NCBI GenBank assembly: GCA_964635045.1 | Contig: CAZWMJ010000003.1 | Span: 12,011-76,010, forward strand | Length of the DNA: 64,000 nt | Origin: an uncultured Gammaproteobacteria bacterium | GTDB taxonomy: Bacteria; Patescibacteriota; Microgenomatia; Levybacterales; UBA12049 | Direction of reading: 5' to 3' | Shown here: positions 37,560 through 47,503 of the stretch, piece by piece | How positions within the stretch are numbered: position 1 is the first letter of the stretch | Layout of the letters: every line of letters begins with the position of its first letter | Program-made: the position numbers and the translations under genes | The notes under the pieces: model-generated | What the model saw: only the letters and a program-made list of their open reading frames with translations | Database searches by the model: none | What the model was told of the DNA's origin: nothing

Positions 37560-37760
37560 AGTGACGGGAATAATACCACATATTGTGTCTGATTACAAAT
37601 AGAGTAAGGCTAGCTTAGAGAGGAAATGTCCAGCTTTATTCCCGGGGACCCCACACAATGCTTCCTTGCTCCCATGGTCCTACGTCCATGCGGGACGTCA
37701 AACGTCCCAGCCACGTTTGACTGTGGCGTCGCAAGAGCGCATATGCGGGGGCAAGCATGG

Positions 37761-38657
37761 TTAGGATAATGTTGAAAAATCTATTCTTATTCCAGGAGAC
37801 ATAGTACTTTTTAGTGTTACGCTTTTGATTTTCCCGTTGCCGATGGCTGATAGAACAGCTTGAATGTTGTCTGTCAACTGGTTATCCGTCATGGATAGTT
37901 TGCCCACCGATAGATGGATGATAGGAGCTGTTTCTGTTTTGAAGCGAAGCTGATTGCCTTTCGATAAGCTCAGGGCAAGTTTCCCCGGATCATTGGTGAT
38001 GGTGCCGTTTTTGGGATTGGGCATGAGCCCTCTGGGGCCCAAGATTTTGGCCACTTTGGCTAATTTCGCCATCATGTCCGGCGCGGCAAGGAGCACATCA
38101 AAATCAATCTTGTTTTTTTCAATTTTACCGATTAACTCATCCGTAGCAATCGCCACTCTAATTTGTTTGCCGGTGCCATGGGGAAGATTTACATTGCCGG
38201 AAAGACCTTTTTCTGTGGTATTAACATGCAGTTCAACCGTGCCGTCAATCCGCCAGCTGGCGGATACCTTCCTTAAAAGCTCAAGTGCTTCGGCGAGAGG
38301 ATAGCGTTTAGTTCGGTCAACTGCCACCAATGCCTGTTTGTAGCGGCGGCCTCGCTCACGGGGATGGGTATCACGAGGGGTACGGGTATCACGAGTATCA
38401 CGGGGAATTTCTCCCTGTGGTACCTGTGGTACTTTTTCACCCTGTGATACCTCTATTTTGGCCTGCCCGCCAGTTGCTTCGCCGTCAGGCGATGGCAGGC
38501 GGGCCAGCTCTTCCTCGCTTGGTCCGACAGCCACCACTCTCTCTCCGCCATGAGCGCCTTTGACCAATTTTTTAGCCTCTTTTCTTTTTTTATCCTCTTT
38601 TTTTTGTTCTTTCTCGGCTTCTTCAATGCCGAGAGTCTTAACACGAATTTTTCCCAT
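37761..38657 (-). CDS. rplA: Ribosomal protein L1 with ~100-aa Lys/Pro/Arg-rich N-terminal extension
   Basis: Conserved L1 core (YPLAEALELL...GNVNLPHGTGK...LGPRGLMPNPK). The extension (38340-38657) contains the PRDTRDTRTPRDTHP repeat and is GC-rich. Confidence 0.8.
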   Translation of the reverse strand: MGKIRVKTLGIEEAEKEQKKEDKKRKEAKKLVKGAHGGERVVAVGPSEEELARLPSPDGEATGGQAKIEVSQGEKVPQVPQGEIPRDTRDTRTPRDTHPRERGRRYKQALVAVDRTKRYPLAEALELLRKVSASWRIDGTVELHVNTTEKGLSGNVNLPHGTGKQIRVAIATDELIGKIEKNKIDFDVLLAAPDMMAKLAKVAKILGPRGLMPNPKNGTITNDPGKLALSLSKGNQLRFKTETAPIIHLSVGKLSMTDNQLTDNIQAVLSAIGNGKIKSVTLKSTMSPGIRIDFSTLS

Positions 38658-39079
38658 TACGCTACCTCCACTCCCATCGATCTGGCTACTCCGCCAACTA
38701 TTTTTGATGCAGCGTTAAGGTCATCGGTATTCAAATCTTCCATTTTGGCTTTGGCGATTTCCTCAACTTGAGCTTTGGTTAAACTTCCGACTGTTTCCTT
38801 GCCCGGCTTTTGGGCGCCCTTTTCTTTCATTAGCGCTTTTTTGATCATCTCGGCAACCGGAGGTTTTTTGGTGATGAAAGAAAAAGTGCGATCCACGTAA
38901 ACAGTGATGATTACCGGAATAATGGTGCCTTTGGCCTCCGCTGTTTTTTCGTTGAAAGCCTTGACAAATTCCATGATGGGCAATCCATGCTGTCCCAGAG
39001 CCGGACCAACCGGCGGCGCGGGAGTAGCCTCTCCAGCGGGGATGTTTAGTTTAATTAAAGTTTTAATTTTCTTAGCCAT
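38657..39079 (-). CDS. rplK: Ribosomal protein L11
   Basis: [43 protein letters not shown]. Confidence 0.9.
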   Translation of the reverse strand: MAKKIKTLIKLNIPAGEATPAPPVGPALGQHGLPIMEFVKAFNEKTAEAKGTIIPVIITVYVDRTFSFITKKPPVAEMIKKALMKEKGAQKPGKETVGSLTKAQVEEIAKAKMEDLNTDDLNAASKIVGGVARSMGVEVA

Positions 39080-39089
39080 AATACTTCTA

Positions 39090-39205
39090 GACGATAGAAG
39101 ATAGAAAATAGAGGGTAGTTTTTTGATGCTGGAAGGTTGAAGGTAGATTTCTTGTTATCTAACTTCCATCCTCTATATTCAAAATACTATCTTCTACCAT
39201 CTATC
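39090..39205. repeat. Imperfect long inverted repeat at the boundary of the dnaA-like insertion
   Basis: atagaagatag...atagagggtag on the left, against ctctat...ctatcttctacc on the right, plus ggaagg/ccttcc sub-palindromes. Confidence 0.4.
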
Positions 39206-39268
39206 ATCTACCGTCAAAGTTATCTATTGATTTTAGCATAAAAGGGGAAAGTTATGCAATGAGGATAG

Positions 39269-40390
39269 ATGTTAAGAGAAAAATTTATATTGCAGGAGTA
39301 TAATTGCGATATGAGAGAGCGTGAACATAGAAGGAGACGGGAGATAATTGGACTACCTCTTTCTTCCCGATACACATTTGGAAATTTTGTGGTAGGAGAC
39401 GGTAATCGTGAAGCATCCAGCGCAGCGTTGGAGGTGGCCAGACAGCCAGTCTTTGGCTATAATCCACTCGTTTTTTATGGTGGCGTAGGCATGGGTAAAA
39501 CTCATTTACTTGAGGCTATTGGTAATTACGTTTGCGATCAAGGCGGACAGGTCTTTTACGTAAATGCTGCACAGCCGGAAGCACTGATGGATTTAATTCA
39601 TCAAAGAAGGTCTGCTCATAAATCAATTCGTCAAGCGCGAGTGGTGCTTATTGATGAAGCGCAATTATTTCCAAAAGACAGAGTGATTCGACAAGGTTTG
39701 AGAACCCTAGTCAATAATTTGAATGAGCGACTTGTTCAGTTGGTTTTTGCGGCTGATCGGGGCTCGCAGTTTACAGTATCTTTAGAAAATCCTTCCGGAG
39801 ATCGTTTAAGAGAGAGCGGGGGATTAGTTGTCCGGATTAGACCGCCCGATTTATCAACGCGCATTACTATTTTAGAAAAGAAGGCAGATGAGAAACAGAT
39901 GAAGATCGCTCCGTCGCTTCCAGAAGTTTTTGATTATCTTGCCCGTCGATTTACCGGTAGTATTCGTGAGTTGGAAAGGGGATTAGAGCAAGTTGTAGTT
40001 TATGCGGCAACTCATAATGAGCTTCTTACTCTTGAGACGGCTGTAGCTGCCGTTGAGGAGTTTTTTCAACGATCAAGGCTCACGGCTGAAAGTATTTTGG
40101 CGGCAGTTGCAGAAAAGTATGGCATATCAAGAGAAGCTATGACCACTCATGGACGTGGTGATCCGCAAATTCTTCAAGCGCGTCATGTAGCAATGTATCT
40201 ATTAAGCATAGATACAGAACTCTCACTTGCGGAAATTGGTGAATTACTAGGCGGATTCGAATATTCCACAGTTATCAACGCTTGCGCAAGAATTAGGGAC
40301 GAGCTTGATGCCAATTCAACCTTGAGCAGATGGATTGGCGATATTCGTGGAACCCATGGAGTAAAACTAGATAAAAGTTTATCAGCGTAG
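39269..40390 (+). CDS. DnaA-like AAA+ protein (domains III-IV only)
   Basis: YNPLVFYGGVGMGKTHLL Walker A, VVLIDEAQLF Walker B, C-terminal DnaA domain-IV-like HTH region (ILQARHVAMYLLSI...YSTVINACARI). Lacks DnaA domains I-II. GC-rich. Confidence 0.55.
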   Translation: MLREKFILQEYNCDMREREHRRRREIIGLPLSSRYTFGNFVVGDGNREASSAALEVARQPVFGYNPLVFYGGVGMGKTHLLEAIGNYVCDQGGQVFYVNAAQPEALMDLIHQRRSAHKSIRQARVVLIDEAQLFPKDRVIRQGLRTLVNNLNERLVQLVFAADRGSQFTVSLENPSGDRLRESGGLVVRIRPPDLSTRITILEKKADEKQMKIAPSLPEVFDYLARRFTGSIRELERGLEQVVVYAATHNELLTLETAVAAVEEFFQRSRLTAESILAAVAEKYGISREAMTTHGRGDPQILQARHVAMYLLSIDTELSLAEIGELLGGFEYSTVINACARIRDELDANSTLSRWIGDIRGTHGVKLDKSLSA

Positions 40391-40394
40391 AAAA

Positions 40395-40673
40395 TTATGG
40401 CTTTGGTTTTATTTCTTGTTCAGATTTCAAAAGCATATGAGTGACGACACAAACTGTCCCTGCTGTCATAAAGATTCCATAAGCCGCATAGAAGTCTCCT
40501 GTAGGTCCATTCAACATTCTTTCCTGCATTTTCACTAAGGAAGCAATAGCTGTACCATCTACGGCAGCTCTTGTTACGGTTTCCTTCCAAGAAGAGTTTT
40601 TGGGGACTACTAAATCCCAGCCTTTTAAAATCGCAGCACTAGTTCTAGTAAATGCTGGTTTTAATCTTTCCAT
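40395..40673 (-). CDS. Hypothetical small protein
   Basis: 92-aa ORF inside the same island. Confidence 0.25.
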   Translation of the reverse strand: MERLKPAFTRTSAAILKGWDLVVPKNSSWKETVTRAAVDGTAIASLVKMQERMLNGPTGDFYAAYGIFMTAGTVCVVTHMLLKSEQEIKPKP

Positions 40674-40688
40674 AAGTTTTCTAAGTTT

Positions 40689-41279
40689 CTACAGTTTGCT
40701 GACTTGGAGGAAGTCGAGCTCAACCGGGGTTTCGCGGCCGAAGATGGAAACCAGCACTTTGAGTTTGCCTTTTTTGTCATCGATTTCACTGATGGTTCCC
40801 AAAAAATCGGCAAAGGGGCCGTCCACAATTTTTACCGCTTCATTGACGGAGAAAGCGGTTTTGTAGAGCGGCTCTTCCACTTTCATAAATTTTTGGATTG
40901 CCTCCACTTCTTTATCGGAGATGGGAGTTGGTTTGTTGCCTACACCCACGAAAGCGGTTACTCCCTGGGTGGTTCGAACCAACAGCCATGTTTCATCATC
41001 CAAAATCATTTTTACCAACACGTAGCCGGGGAAAATTTTTTCTTTGACCGTGTCTTTTTTTCCCTGCGAAACTTTAATAGTATTTCTGGTGGGAACGATG
41101 ATGTCAAAGATTCTCTCGGTAAAGCCCAAGGTTTGTATTCTCTGCCATAGCTGTTTGGCAACTTTATCTTCGTGTCCCGAATAGGTATGCACGATATACC
41201 ATCGGCCGTCATTGGGTTTGGCATCTGCTTTCGCTGTTTCTTCTTTTGTTTGTTCAACCGGTATTATTTGTTTGTCCAT
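40689..41279 (-). CDS. nusG: Transcription antitermination factor NusG
   Basis: [21 protein letters not shown] domain and C-terminal KOW region ([19 protein letters not shown]). Confidence 0.85.
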   Translation of the reverse strand: MDKQIIPVEQTKEETAKADAKPNDGRWYIVHTYSGHEDKVAKQLWQRIQTLGFTERIFDIIVPTRNTIKVSQGKKDTVKEKIFPGYVLVKMILDDETWLLVRTTQGVTAFVGVGNKPTPISDKEVEAIQKFMKVEEPLYKTAFSVNEAVKIVDGPFADFLGTISEIDDKKGKLKVLVSIFGRETPVELDFLQVSKL

Positions 41280-41284
41280 ATTAT

Positions 41285-41470
41285 TTATTTTACTATTAAT
41301 TCCATTAATTTGGTAAAGATAAAATCAGCTCCCCCTAAAAAAAGACCAACTATCAAACTTGTCAAAATAACTACAATAGTCAGCCGTGTCACCTCGGCCC
41401 GTGTCGGCCAGGAAACCTTTTTCAGTTCATCCTGAGTTTCTTTTAAAAAAACAATTGGATTTTTTACCAC
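41285..41470 (-). CDS. secE: Preprotein translocase subunit SecE
   Basis: 61 aa. ...[36 protein letters not shown] is typical SecE. Immediately upstream of nusG. Confidence 0.7.
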   Translation of the reverse strand: MVKNPIVFLKETQDELKKVSWPTRAEVTRLTIVVILTSLIVGLFLGGADFIFTKLMELIVK

Positions 41471-41562
41471 TGCGGGTTATTGTATCAAAGATGCAACGAG
41501 TTGTAAATACTTGCAATAACATGTTACAATAAAACTAACCACGTCAAACGTGGCAAGCTCTT

Positions 41563-42435
41563 ATGAAGATAAGAAAAGCTGTAATTCCCGCCGCTGGATT
41601 TGGAACGAGGTTTCTTCCCCAAACCAAGGCTATGCCCAAAGAGATGCTGCCGATTGTGGACAAGCCTGTTATTCAATATGTGGTGGAGGAGGTAGTTGAT
41701 GCCGGCGTGGAGGATGTAATTATAGTTACAGGGGCGAACAAACGGGCGATTGAAGATCATTTTGACACTCCGGCCGCCGAGCTTTCTTCGTGGTTGGAAG
41801 TGGGAGGCAAAGAAAAGGCGCTTTCGGAAATAAAAAGAATTTCCGAGATGGCCAATTTTATCTATATTCGTCAAAAAGGTCCTTACGGCAATGCCACCCC
41901 CATTAGAAGCGTTAAGCATCTGGTTAACGGAGAGCCCTTTTTAGCTTTTTGGGGAGATGAGTTTACCAAAGCAGATCCTTCCCGGGCAAAACAAATGATT
42001 AAAGCTTATGAAAAATATAATGGAGCGGTTTTGGGCGGAATGAAGCTGTCGCGGCCGGAAGATTTCAAGCGTTATGGATATGTCAAGGGAAAAGAAATTG
42101 AGCCGGGAGTGTGGATTGTAGATGGTCTGGTGGAAAAACCCGGCAAGAACAGCGCCCCCTCGGATCTGGCAATTGTGGCCAATTATCTGCTGACGCCCGA
42201 TATTTTCCCGGTACTTGAGGATCAAAAGCCGGGGACGGGAGGAGAATATTATTTGCCGGAGGCGATAGATACGCTGGCCCGGGAAAAACCGGTTTATGCT
42301 CTGGAGATAAAAAACGCCAAATATTTTGATACGGGAAATAAGCTGGAATATATGCGAACAGTGGTGGAGTTTGCTCTGGAACATCCGGAAGTCAACGGAG
42401 AATTCCGTCAGTTCCTCAAGGGGTTGAAGTTGTAA
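41563..42435 (+). CDS. galU: UTP-glucose-1-phosphate uridylyltransferase
   Basis: KAVIPAAGFGTRFLPQTKAMPKEMLPIVDKPVIQYVVEE. Confidence 0.85.
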   Translation: MKIRKAVIPAAGFGTRFLPQTKAMPKEMLPIVDKPVIQYVVEEVVDAGVEDVIIVTGANKRAIEDHFDTPAAELSSWLEVGGKEKALSEIKRISEMANFIYIRQKGPYGNATPIRSVKHLVNGEPFLAFWGDEFTKADPSRAKQMIKAYEKYNGAVLGGMKLSRPEDFKRYGYVKGKEIEPGVWIVDGLVEKPGKNSAPSDLAIVANYLLTPDIFPVLEDQKPGTGGEYYLPEAIDTLAREKPVYALEIKNAKYFDTGNKLEYMRTVVEFALEHPEVNGEFRQFLKGLKL

Positions 42436-42467
42436 ATAGATTCTTTTTTTGATAAAATAGGGTACTT

Positions 42468-42842
42468 ATGGATAGGAGAGAAAGAGATTATGGTGGAAGA
42501 CCTCGTTCAATACTCCCAGTAAGTAGAATAGTTGATAAAGCTATACCGACAGTAGATCGCGTGATAGGTTTTTTTGACCGGATTCGTCACCCAAACGGAG
42601 CAGTCAACCCCCATGCATCTGCAATAGAAGAGGTGATGAGAGCGGCAAAAAGAGATAATATGGATGTGCTTTTAAGACCGACCGGTCAGCATCTGGAAGT
42701 TGTTGTTGGCAGATTTGTCAGTGAACATGAGCGGATTGTTAAAGTTGGAGCTGGCGTTGTTTTGACTGCCGGTTTAGTGGCAGGAGCGGCAGGATTTTGG
42801 CTTCGCAGACATCGTCGTGAGCCCCCAAAACCAAAAAAATAA
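42468..42842 (+). CDS. Hypothetical protein with C-terminal TM helix
   Basis: 124-aa ORF with no motifs. Confidence 0.3.
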   Translation: MDRRERDYGGRPRSILPVSRIVDKAIPTVDRVIGFFDRIRHPNGAVNPHASAIEEVMRAAKRDNMDVLLRPTGQHLEVVVGRFVSEHERIVKVGAGVVLTAGLVAGAAGFWLRRHRREPPKPKK

Positions 42843-42871
42843 TAGTAAAATTTGCTATACTATAATTTATC

Positions 42872-43507
42872 ATGACAAAACGATTATCGATTTTCTTTCT
42901 GGGAGTTTTTCTTTTTGCTTCTTTTGTCGCTTTTTCCTATTTTGTTCATAAAGACCTTTTCACCCAATTTGATTTTGATACTACGGTCAAAATTCAGGAT
43001 CACGTTTCGGATAGACTCAGTAGTTTTTTTTCCTACTTTAGTTTAATGGGAAGCGCTGAAGTGATAACAGCCGTTTTGATTGTTGTGGTTTTTTTCCCCC
43101 GTCAGATCCTGCGGAAATTATTTATGCTGCCGGCCTATGTTTTAGTTTTCTTTTTCGGTATTTATGGCAAGACTTTTGTTGAACACAAAGGCCCGCCGTT
43201 TTTGTTTTATCATTACAAGCTAAACTTTCTTTTCCCCACCAGCTATGTGCAGACAGCCAATTCTTATCCTTCCGGACATTCGGCCAGAACCATATTTTTA
43301 AGCGTAATTCTCATCGCGCTTTTGCTAAAAGATGGGAAGTTCACGCCGCTGAAGATATTTTTAGTACTGTTTATTTTATCTTTTGATTTGATCATGCTGG
43401 TTTCCCGAGTGTATCTGGGCGAGCATTGGACAACGGATGTCGTTGGGGGAGCGCTTCTGGGAGCCAGTCTGGGGCTTTTAGCAACTTATGTTATTATAGA
43501 TGGGTGA
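42872..43507 (+). CDS. PAP2-family membrane phosphatase
   Basis: PSGHS and SRVYLGEHWTTDV (SRx5Hx3D) are PAP2 motifs 2 and 3. Confidence 0.7.
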   Translation: MTKRLSIFFLGVFLFASFVAFSYFVHKDLFTQFDFDTTVKIQDHVSDRLSSFFSYFSLMGSAEVITAVLIVVVFFPRQILRKLFMLPAYVLVFFFGIYGKTFVEHKGPPFLFYHYKLNFLFPTSYVQTANSYPSGHSARTIFLSVILIALLLKDGKFTPLKIFLVLFILSFDLIMLVSRVYLGEHWTTDVVGGALLGASLGLLATYVIIDG

Positions 43508-44868
43508 AGTGGTTGGTTTTTATCCTATTTTTATTATTTACCATATCTTCAACGCTTGTTTCTCTCAACCGCTTTTGGCAGTACGAGGTGTTTTATTATG
43601 ATTTTGGTATTTTTGACAGAGCCATTTGGCAGGCGGCGCACTTTCAGGCTCCCATTATCGATCATTTGGTGGTGGGAGGAAAATGGATTTTTGCCGATCA
43701 TTTCAATCCCAGCATCTTTATTTTTTCTCCTCTTTACTGGTTGACCAACAGAAGCGAGATTTTGTTGATTGCTCAGGCGGTGGTGGTGGGACTGTCCGGA
43801 CTGGTGATTTATCAAATAGGAAAAATCGTTACCAAACACTCATTTTTTTCTTTGGGCGTGGTAGTTTGTTACTATCTTTTTATCGGTCTGCAAAACGCGG
43901 TGATTTCCGATTTCCACGAAACTACGCTGACCACTCTTTTTATAACTCTTGCTTATTATTTTTTTCTGAAAAACAGAAAGATTTGGTTTCTGATGTTTTT
44001 TATTTTGATACTTGGTTTTAAGGAAAGCAATTTTTTGCTGGGGATGGGGATGGCGGTAAGTATAGCTCTATTAAATAAAACTTGGCGCAAGTTTTCGTTT
44101 CACTTAATAATTCTCTCAATTATTTGGGGGATAGTGGCGATTAAACTGTTGATTCCTTATTTTTCCGGAGGGATATTTCAGTATGAGGTGGTGTTTTCCT
44201 GGGATAAGTTAAATATTATAGCCGATCTATTTGATAGTGAGATGAAAAGGTCGGTCGTTTTTGACAGCCTATTTGCTTTTGGCTTGTTACCGATTGTCAA
44301 TCCGGCATTTTGGTTTGTGATAATTCAGGATTTTCTGGTGAGATTTCTTTCAGGCAGAGTCAGTCTTGGTCTTCACTACAGCGCCATGTTGGGCTCTATT
44401 ATGGCGATTGCCTCCATTTATAGTTTTTCTCTCATCATAAAAGTTAGAGATATCAGAAGACATTTTTATTTGGTACCTATTATTTTGATTCTAACTTCTT
44501 TTTTTCTTTATCGCTTCGTCATGCACGGACCGCTGGCTCTTTCTTATCATCCTCAGTTTTACAGCCACACCGGCGATTTTAAATTTTTGGATAGTCTTCT
44601 TTCCAAAATTCCCAAAAATGCCACAGTGATGACTCAAAACAATCTGGCCTCTCACCTGACTCATCAAAAAAAGATATGGGTGTTAAAAGATAATTATGAA
44701 GTTTATAAAGCAGATTATATTATTATGGATTTGCGAAGTGGTCAGAGCGCCAATAATTTTTTCCCCACCAAAAATCCGAAGGAAATCTTAAAAAAACTGA
44801 TAGCCGATCCCGATTATTCTTCGATGTTTAACAACAAAAATCAATACATCTTCCAAAGAAAACCATAA
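43504..44868 (+). CDS. Large polytopic membrane protein (DUF2079/GT-C-like)
   Basis: About 12 TM helices. YDFGIFDRAIWQ block. Probable GTG start at 43504 overlapping the PAP2 stop by 4 nt; the ORF track starts at 43426. Confidence 0.45.
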   Translation: MKWLVFILFLLFTISSTLVSLNRFWQYEVFYYDFGIFDRAIWQAAHFQAPIIDHLVVGGKWIFADHFNPSIFIFSPLYWLTNRSEILLIAQAVVVGLSGLVIYQIGKIVTKHSFFSLGVVVCYYLFIGLQNAVISDFHETTLTTLFITLAYYFFLKNRKIWFLMFFILILGFKESNFLLGMGMAVSIALLNKTWRKFSFHLIILSIIWGIVAIKLLIPYFSGGIFQYEVVFSWDKLNIIADLFDSEMKRSVVFDSLFAFGLLPIVNPAFWFVIIQDFLVRFLSGRVSLGLHYSAMLGSIMAIASIYSFSLIIKVRDIRRHFYLVPIILILTSFFLYRFVMHGPLALSYHPQFYSHTGDFKFLDSLLSKIPKNATVMTQNNLASHLTHQKKIWVLKDNYEVYKADYIIMDLRSGQSANNFFPTKNPKEILKKLIADPDYSSMFNNKNQYIFQRKP

Positions 44869-44906
44869 TTTTTTCCCCAAGTTTTGATAGAATAGGGGAA
44901 AATCTT

Positions 44907-47474
44907 ATGGCTAATTGGGAAAGAGGCCCGTTTGGTCTTAGAACAACACAAGAGGGGTTGCCTATTGCGCAGCAGAGAGTAGAGATAAGAGAGGCGATTC
45001 TGCGCAGTCATACTATTATTGTGGTTGGTGAGACTGGTTCAGGCAAAACAACACAAATTCCTCTCATGTTTCTTGATGCACTTTCTCCCAGAGCAAAAAT
45101 CGCCATTACAGAGCCAAGACGTCTTGCAGCAACTTCGGTGGCACGGTTTGTAGCTGGACAAAGAGGTTCAAGATTAGGTGGGGAGGTGGGTTATCAGGTT
45201 CGTTTTGACGATCAGACTGGTCTTGGTACCAGACTTAATTTTTATACAGATGGTTTATTACTAAGAAAAATACAAGCCGATCCACAACTTTTAGAATTCG
45301 ACGCTGTGATGGTAGATGAAGCACACGAGAGAAATTTGGATACTGATTTCTTGTTAGGACTTTTGAAAAGCATTCAGCGCAGACGAAAGGAAGGAGCAAG
45401 AGAGTTAAAAATCGCGGTGGCCTCCGCCACCATGGAAGAAAGTAAGTTCGCCGCCTTTTTGGATGATGCTCCCATTATCCGTATTCCGGGAAGACAATAT
45501 CCGGTTGCCATTCATTATGAAGCGCCAGGATTTGATTACGTCTCCACAGCCACCCAAAGAGCAATAGCCATTGTTCAGAGTGGAGATGATGGAAATATTC
45601 TCATTTTTATGCCCGGTGTGGAGGAAATAAATAGGACTATAAGAGTATTACGGCAACATGGAGTATATGGATCAATTATTTTGCCGCTCCATGGACAGCT
45701 AACGGCTGAAGAGCAAGATAGGGTTTTTGAAGATGGATCCCAGCGAAAAATTATTGTGACCACCAATATTGCTGAAACTTCGGTCACTATCCCTAATGTC
45801 CGATTTGTGATTGATGCTGGATTTATTCGACAGATTGAGTTTAATCCAGAGACAGGCATAGAAGCTTTAGTCACGGTACCACATGCTCAAAGCGGAGCTA
45901 TTCAGCGAGCAGGCAGGGCAGGAAGAACGGCCCCGGGGGAATGTTATCGTCTTTATTCGGAGCAAAATTATCAGCAAAGACCACCCTTCCAACGGCCGGA
46001 AATACAACGGGTGAATTTGGGACGGGTAGTGCTTTTGATGAAAAAATTAGGCATCAACGATATTGAGAAGTTTGAATTTGTCGATCAACCACCAAAAGAA
46101 TTATTAACACAAGCTATTGAAACATTACAATTCCTCGGTGCTTTGGATGATGAGGGTAATTTAACGCAGGTAGGCAGTCTTATGGCTGAGTTTCCGCTGG
46201 AACCGCATGCTTCACGAACTGTGGTGGAAGCCATCAAAAAATCCTGTATAGATGAGGTTTGTACAATCATGGCCTTTAATGGTTTGCGATCGGTTTTTGC
46301 AGTTCCTTTTGGCCAAAAGGAGCAAGCGGAGCAAGCGCATCGCCGGTTTAGAGTAGATGGTTCCGACTTTTTAACACTTCTTCGTGTTTGGAAATTGTTT
46401 GTTGAGCAAAAGATGGATGAAGGGTGGGCGCATGATAATTTTCTTAATTATTCCACTTTAAGAGAAGCAGGAAATATTCGCTTACAGCTTCTGGCCATTC
46501 TGGGGAGATTTGGTATAAAACCGAACAGAGAGGCTGCTCCCGAGGCAATTGCCAAGTCGATTATTGCCGGTCATGCCGATAATTTATTGGTTGCCACCAA
46601 AAGCCGTTCTTATAAAGATAGCTATAAACTGATTCGAGGGGGCAGTACTGTTTTTATCCATCCATCATCGGTTTTATTTGGTAGCAATGCTACCTTTGCT
46701 GTGGCCTCGCAAATTGTTAGAATTGATAATGGTGTTCGGGCTCATCTTTGTCAAGTTGTTGAACCTGGCTGGATTTCTGAGGTGGCTTCGCAACTTCTCA
46801 TCAAAGAACAAAAACCTCAACTTCATTATTCTAAAACAGGAGAAGTGGTGGAGAGAGTTCCTGTTTGTCTAAAAGGTGACCCTGATCACCCCATTTCTTT
46901 TTTTGAAAAACCAGCTGTTAGTCCTTTAGCAGCCAGAGTATTTGCCAATGCGCTGGCTCAAGGGATTGTTTCTTTACCAGAGGAGATAATAAGACATAAT
47001 AAAGGCGTAATGGAACGAGCGAGGGATTTTTGGATACGTTCAGCCGGCAGGATACCAAGAGATTTTGATCCAGCCAAAGTCTTTACAGCCAAAGAGTTGA
47101 CAGCAGTATTTGTTGGAAGAATTGGAAATATCACTTCCAGACTGGCTCTTCTTAAGGCAATGAAAGAGGGGAGAGTGGATATCCGACTTCAGATGGAAGA
47201 TTATATCCCTTCCGATTTACAGGAAGAAATAGTTTCAGGTAATCCTGATACAATTACTATTGGAGGTAGAACATATTCAATTGGATACACACGTAAGGGA
47301 AGATTTTCCGCTCATATCGTCGTTGGACTTGAAGATTTACCTTTATTGCCGGATGACCTTGCTCTTCCTAATGGCCGTCAAGTATATGTTAGCGTGCGGA
47401 TTGAGAATGAACAATCAGGAAGACCTCTTTCCGTAAGCCAAGCAAAAGAAAAACACACCCCCAATTTGCTATAG
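44907..47474 (+). CDS. DEAH-box ATP-dependent RNA helicase, HrpA/HrpB-like
   Basis: VVGETGSGKTTQIP (motif I), DEAHER (motif II), TNIAETSVTI, QRAGRAGR (motif VI). 855 aa with HA2/OB-like C-terminal region. Confidence 0.8.
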   Translation: MANWERGPFGLRTTQEGLPIAQQRVEIREAILRSHTIIVVGETGSGKTTQIPLMFLDALSPRAKIAITEPRRLAATSVARFVAGQRGSRLGGEVGYQVRFDDQTGLGTRLNFYTDGLLLRKIQADPQLLEFDAVMVDEAHERNLDTDFLLGLLKSIQRRRKEGARELKIAVASATMEESKFAAFLDDAPIIRIPGRQYPVAIHYEAPGFDYVSTATQRAIAIVQSGDDGNILIFMPGVEEINRTIRVLRQHGVYGSIILPLHGQLTAEEQDRVFEDGSQRKIIVTTNIAETSVTIPNVRFVIDAGFIRQIEFNPETGIEALVTVPHAQSGAIQRAGRAGRTAPGECYRLYSEQNYQQRPPFQRPEIQRVNLGRVVLLMKKLGINDIEKFEFVDQPPKELLTQAIETLQFLGALDDEGNLTQVGSLMAEFPLEPHASRTVVEAIKKSCIDEVCTIMAFNGLRSVFAVPFGQKEQAEQAHRRFRVDGSDFLTLLRVWKLFVEQKMDEGWAHDNFLNYSTLREAGNIRLQLLAILGRFGIKPNREAAPEAIAKSIIAGHADNLLVATKSRSYKDSYKLIRGGSTVFIHPSSVLFGSNATFAVASQIVRIDNGVRAHLCQVVEPGWISEVASQLLIKEQKPQLHYSKTGEVVERVPVCLKGDPDHPISFFEKPAVSPLAARVFANALAQGIVSLPEEIIRHNKGVMERARDFWIRSAGRIPRDFDPAKVFTAKELTAVFVGRIGNITSRLALLKAMKEGRVDIRLQMEDYIPSDLQEEIVSGNPDTITIGGRTYSIGYTRKGRFSAHIVVGLEDLPLLPDDLALPNGRQVYVSVRIENEQSGRPLSVSQAKEKHTPNLL

Positions 47475-47503
47475 GCCTTAATTTTTGATATACTTAACGC
47501 CTC

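Noticed and set aside
39269-40390. Chromosomal replication initiator dnaA and oriC
   Set aside because: The protein lacks DnaA domains I-II. It sits on the opposite strand inside the rplK-nusG string with no dnaN adjacent, and no clear clusters of TTATCCACA-type boxes are visible. It is treated as a DnaA-like paralog on an island rather than the origin.
40704-41150. 148-aa plus-strand ORF
   Set aside because: It is antisense to nusG and has no features of its own.
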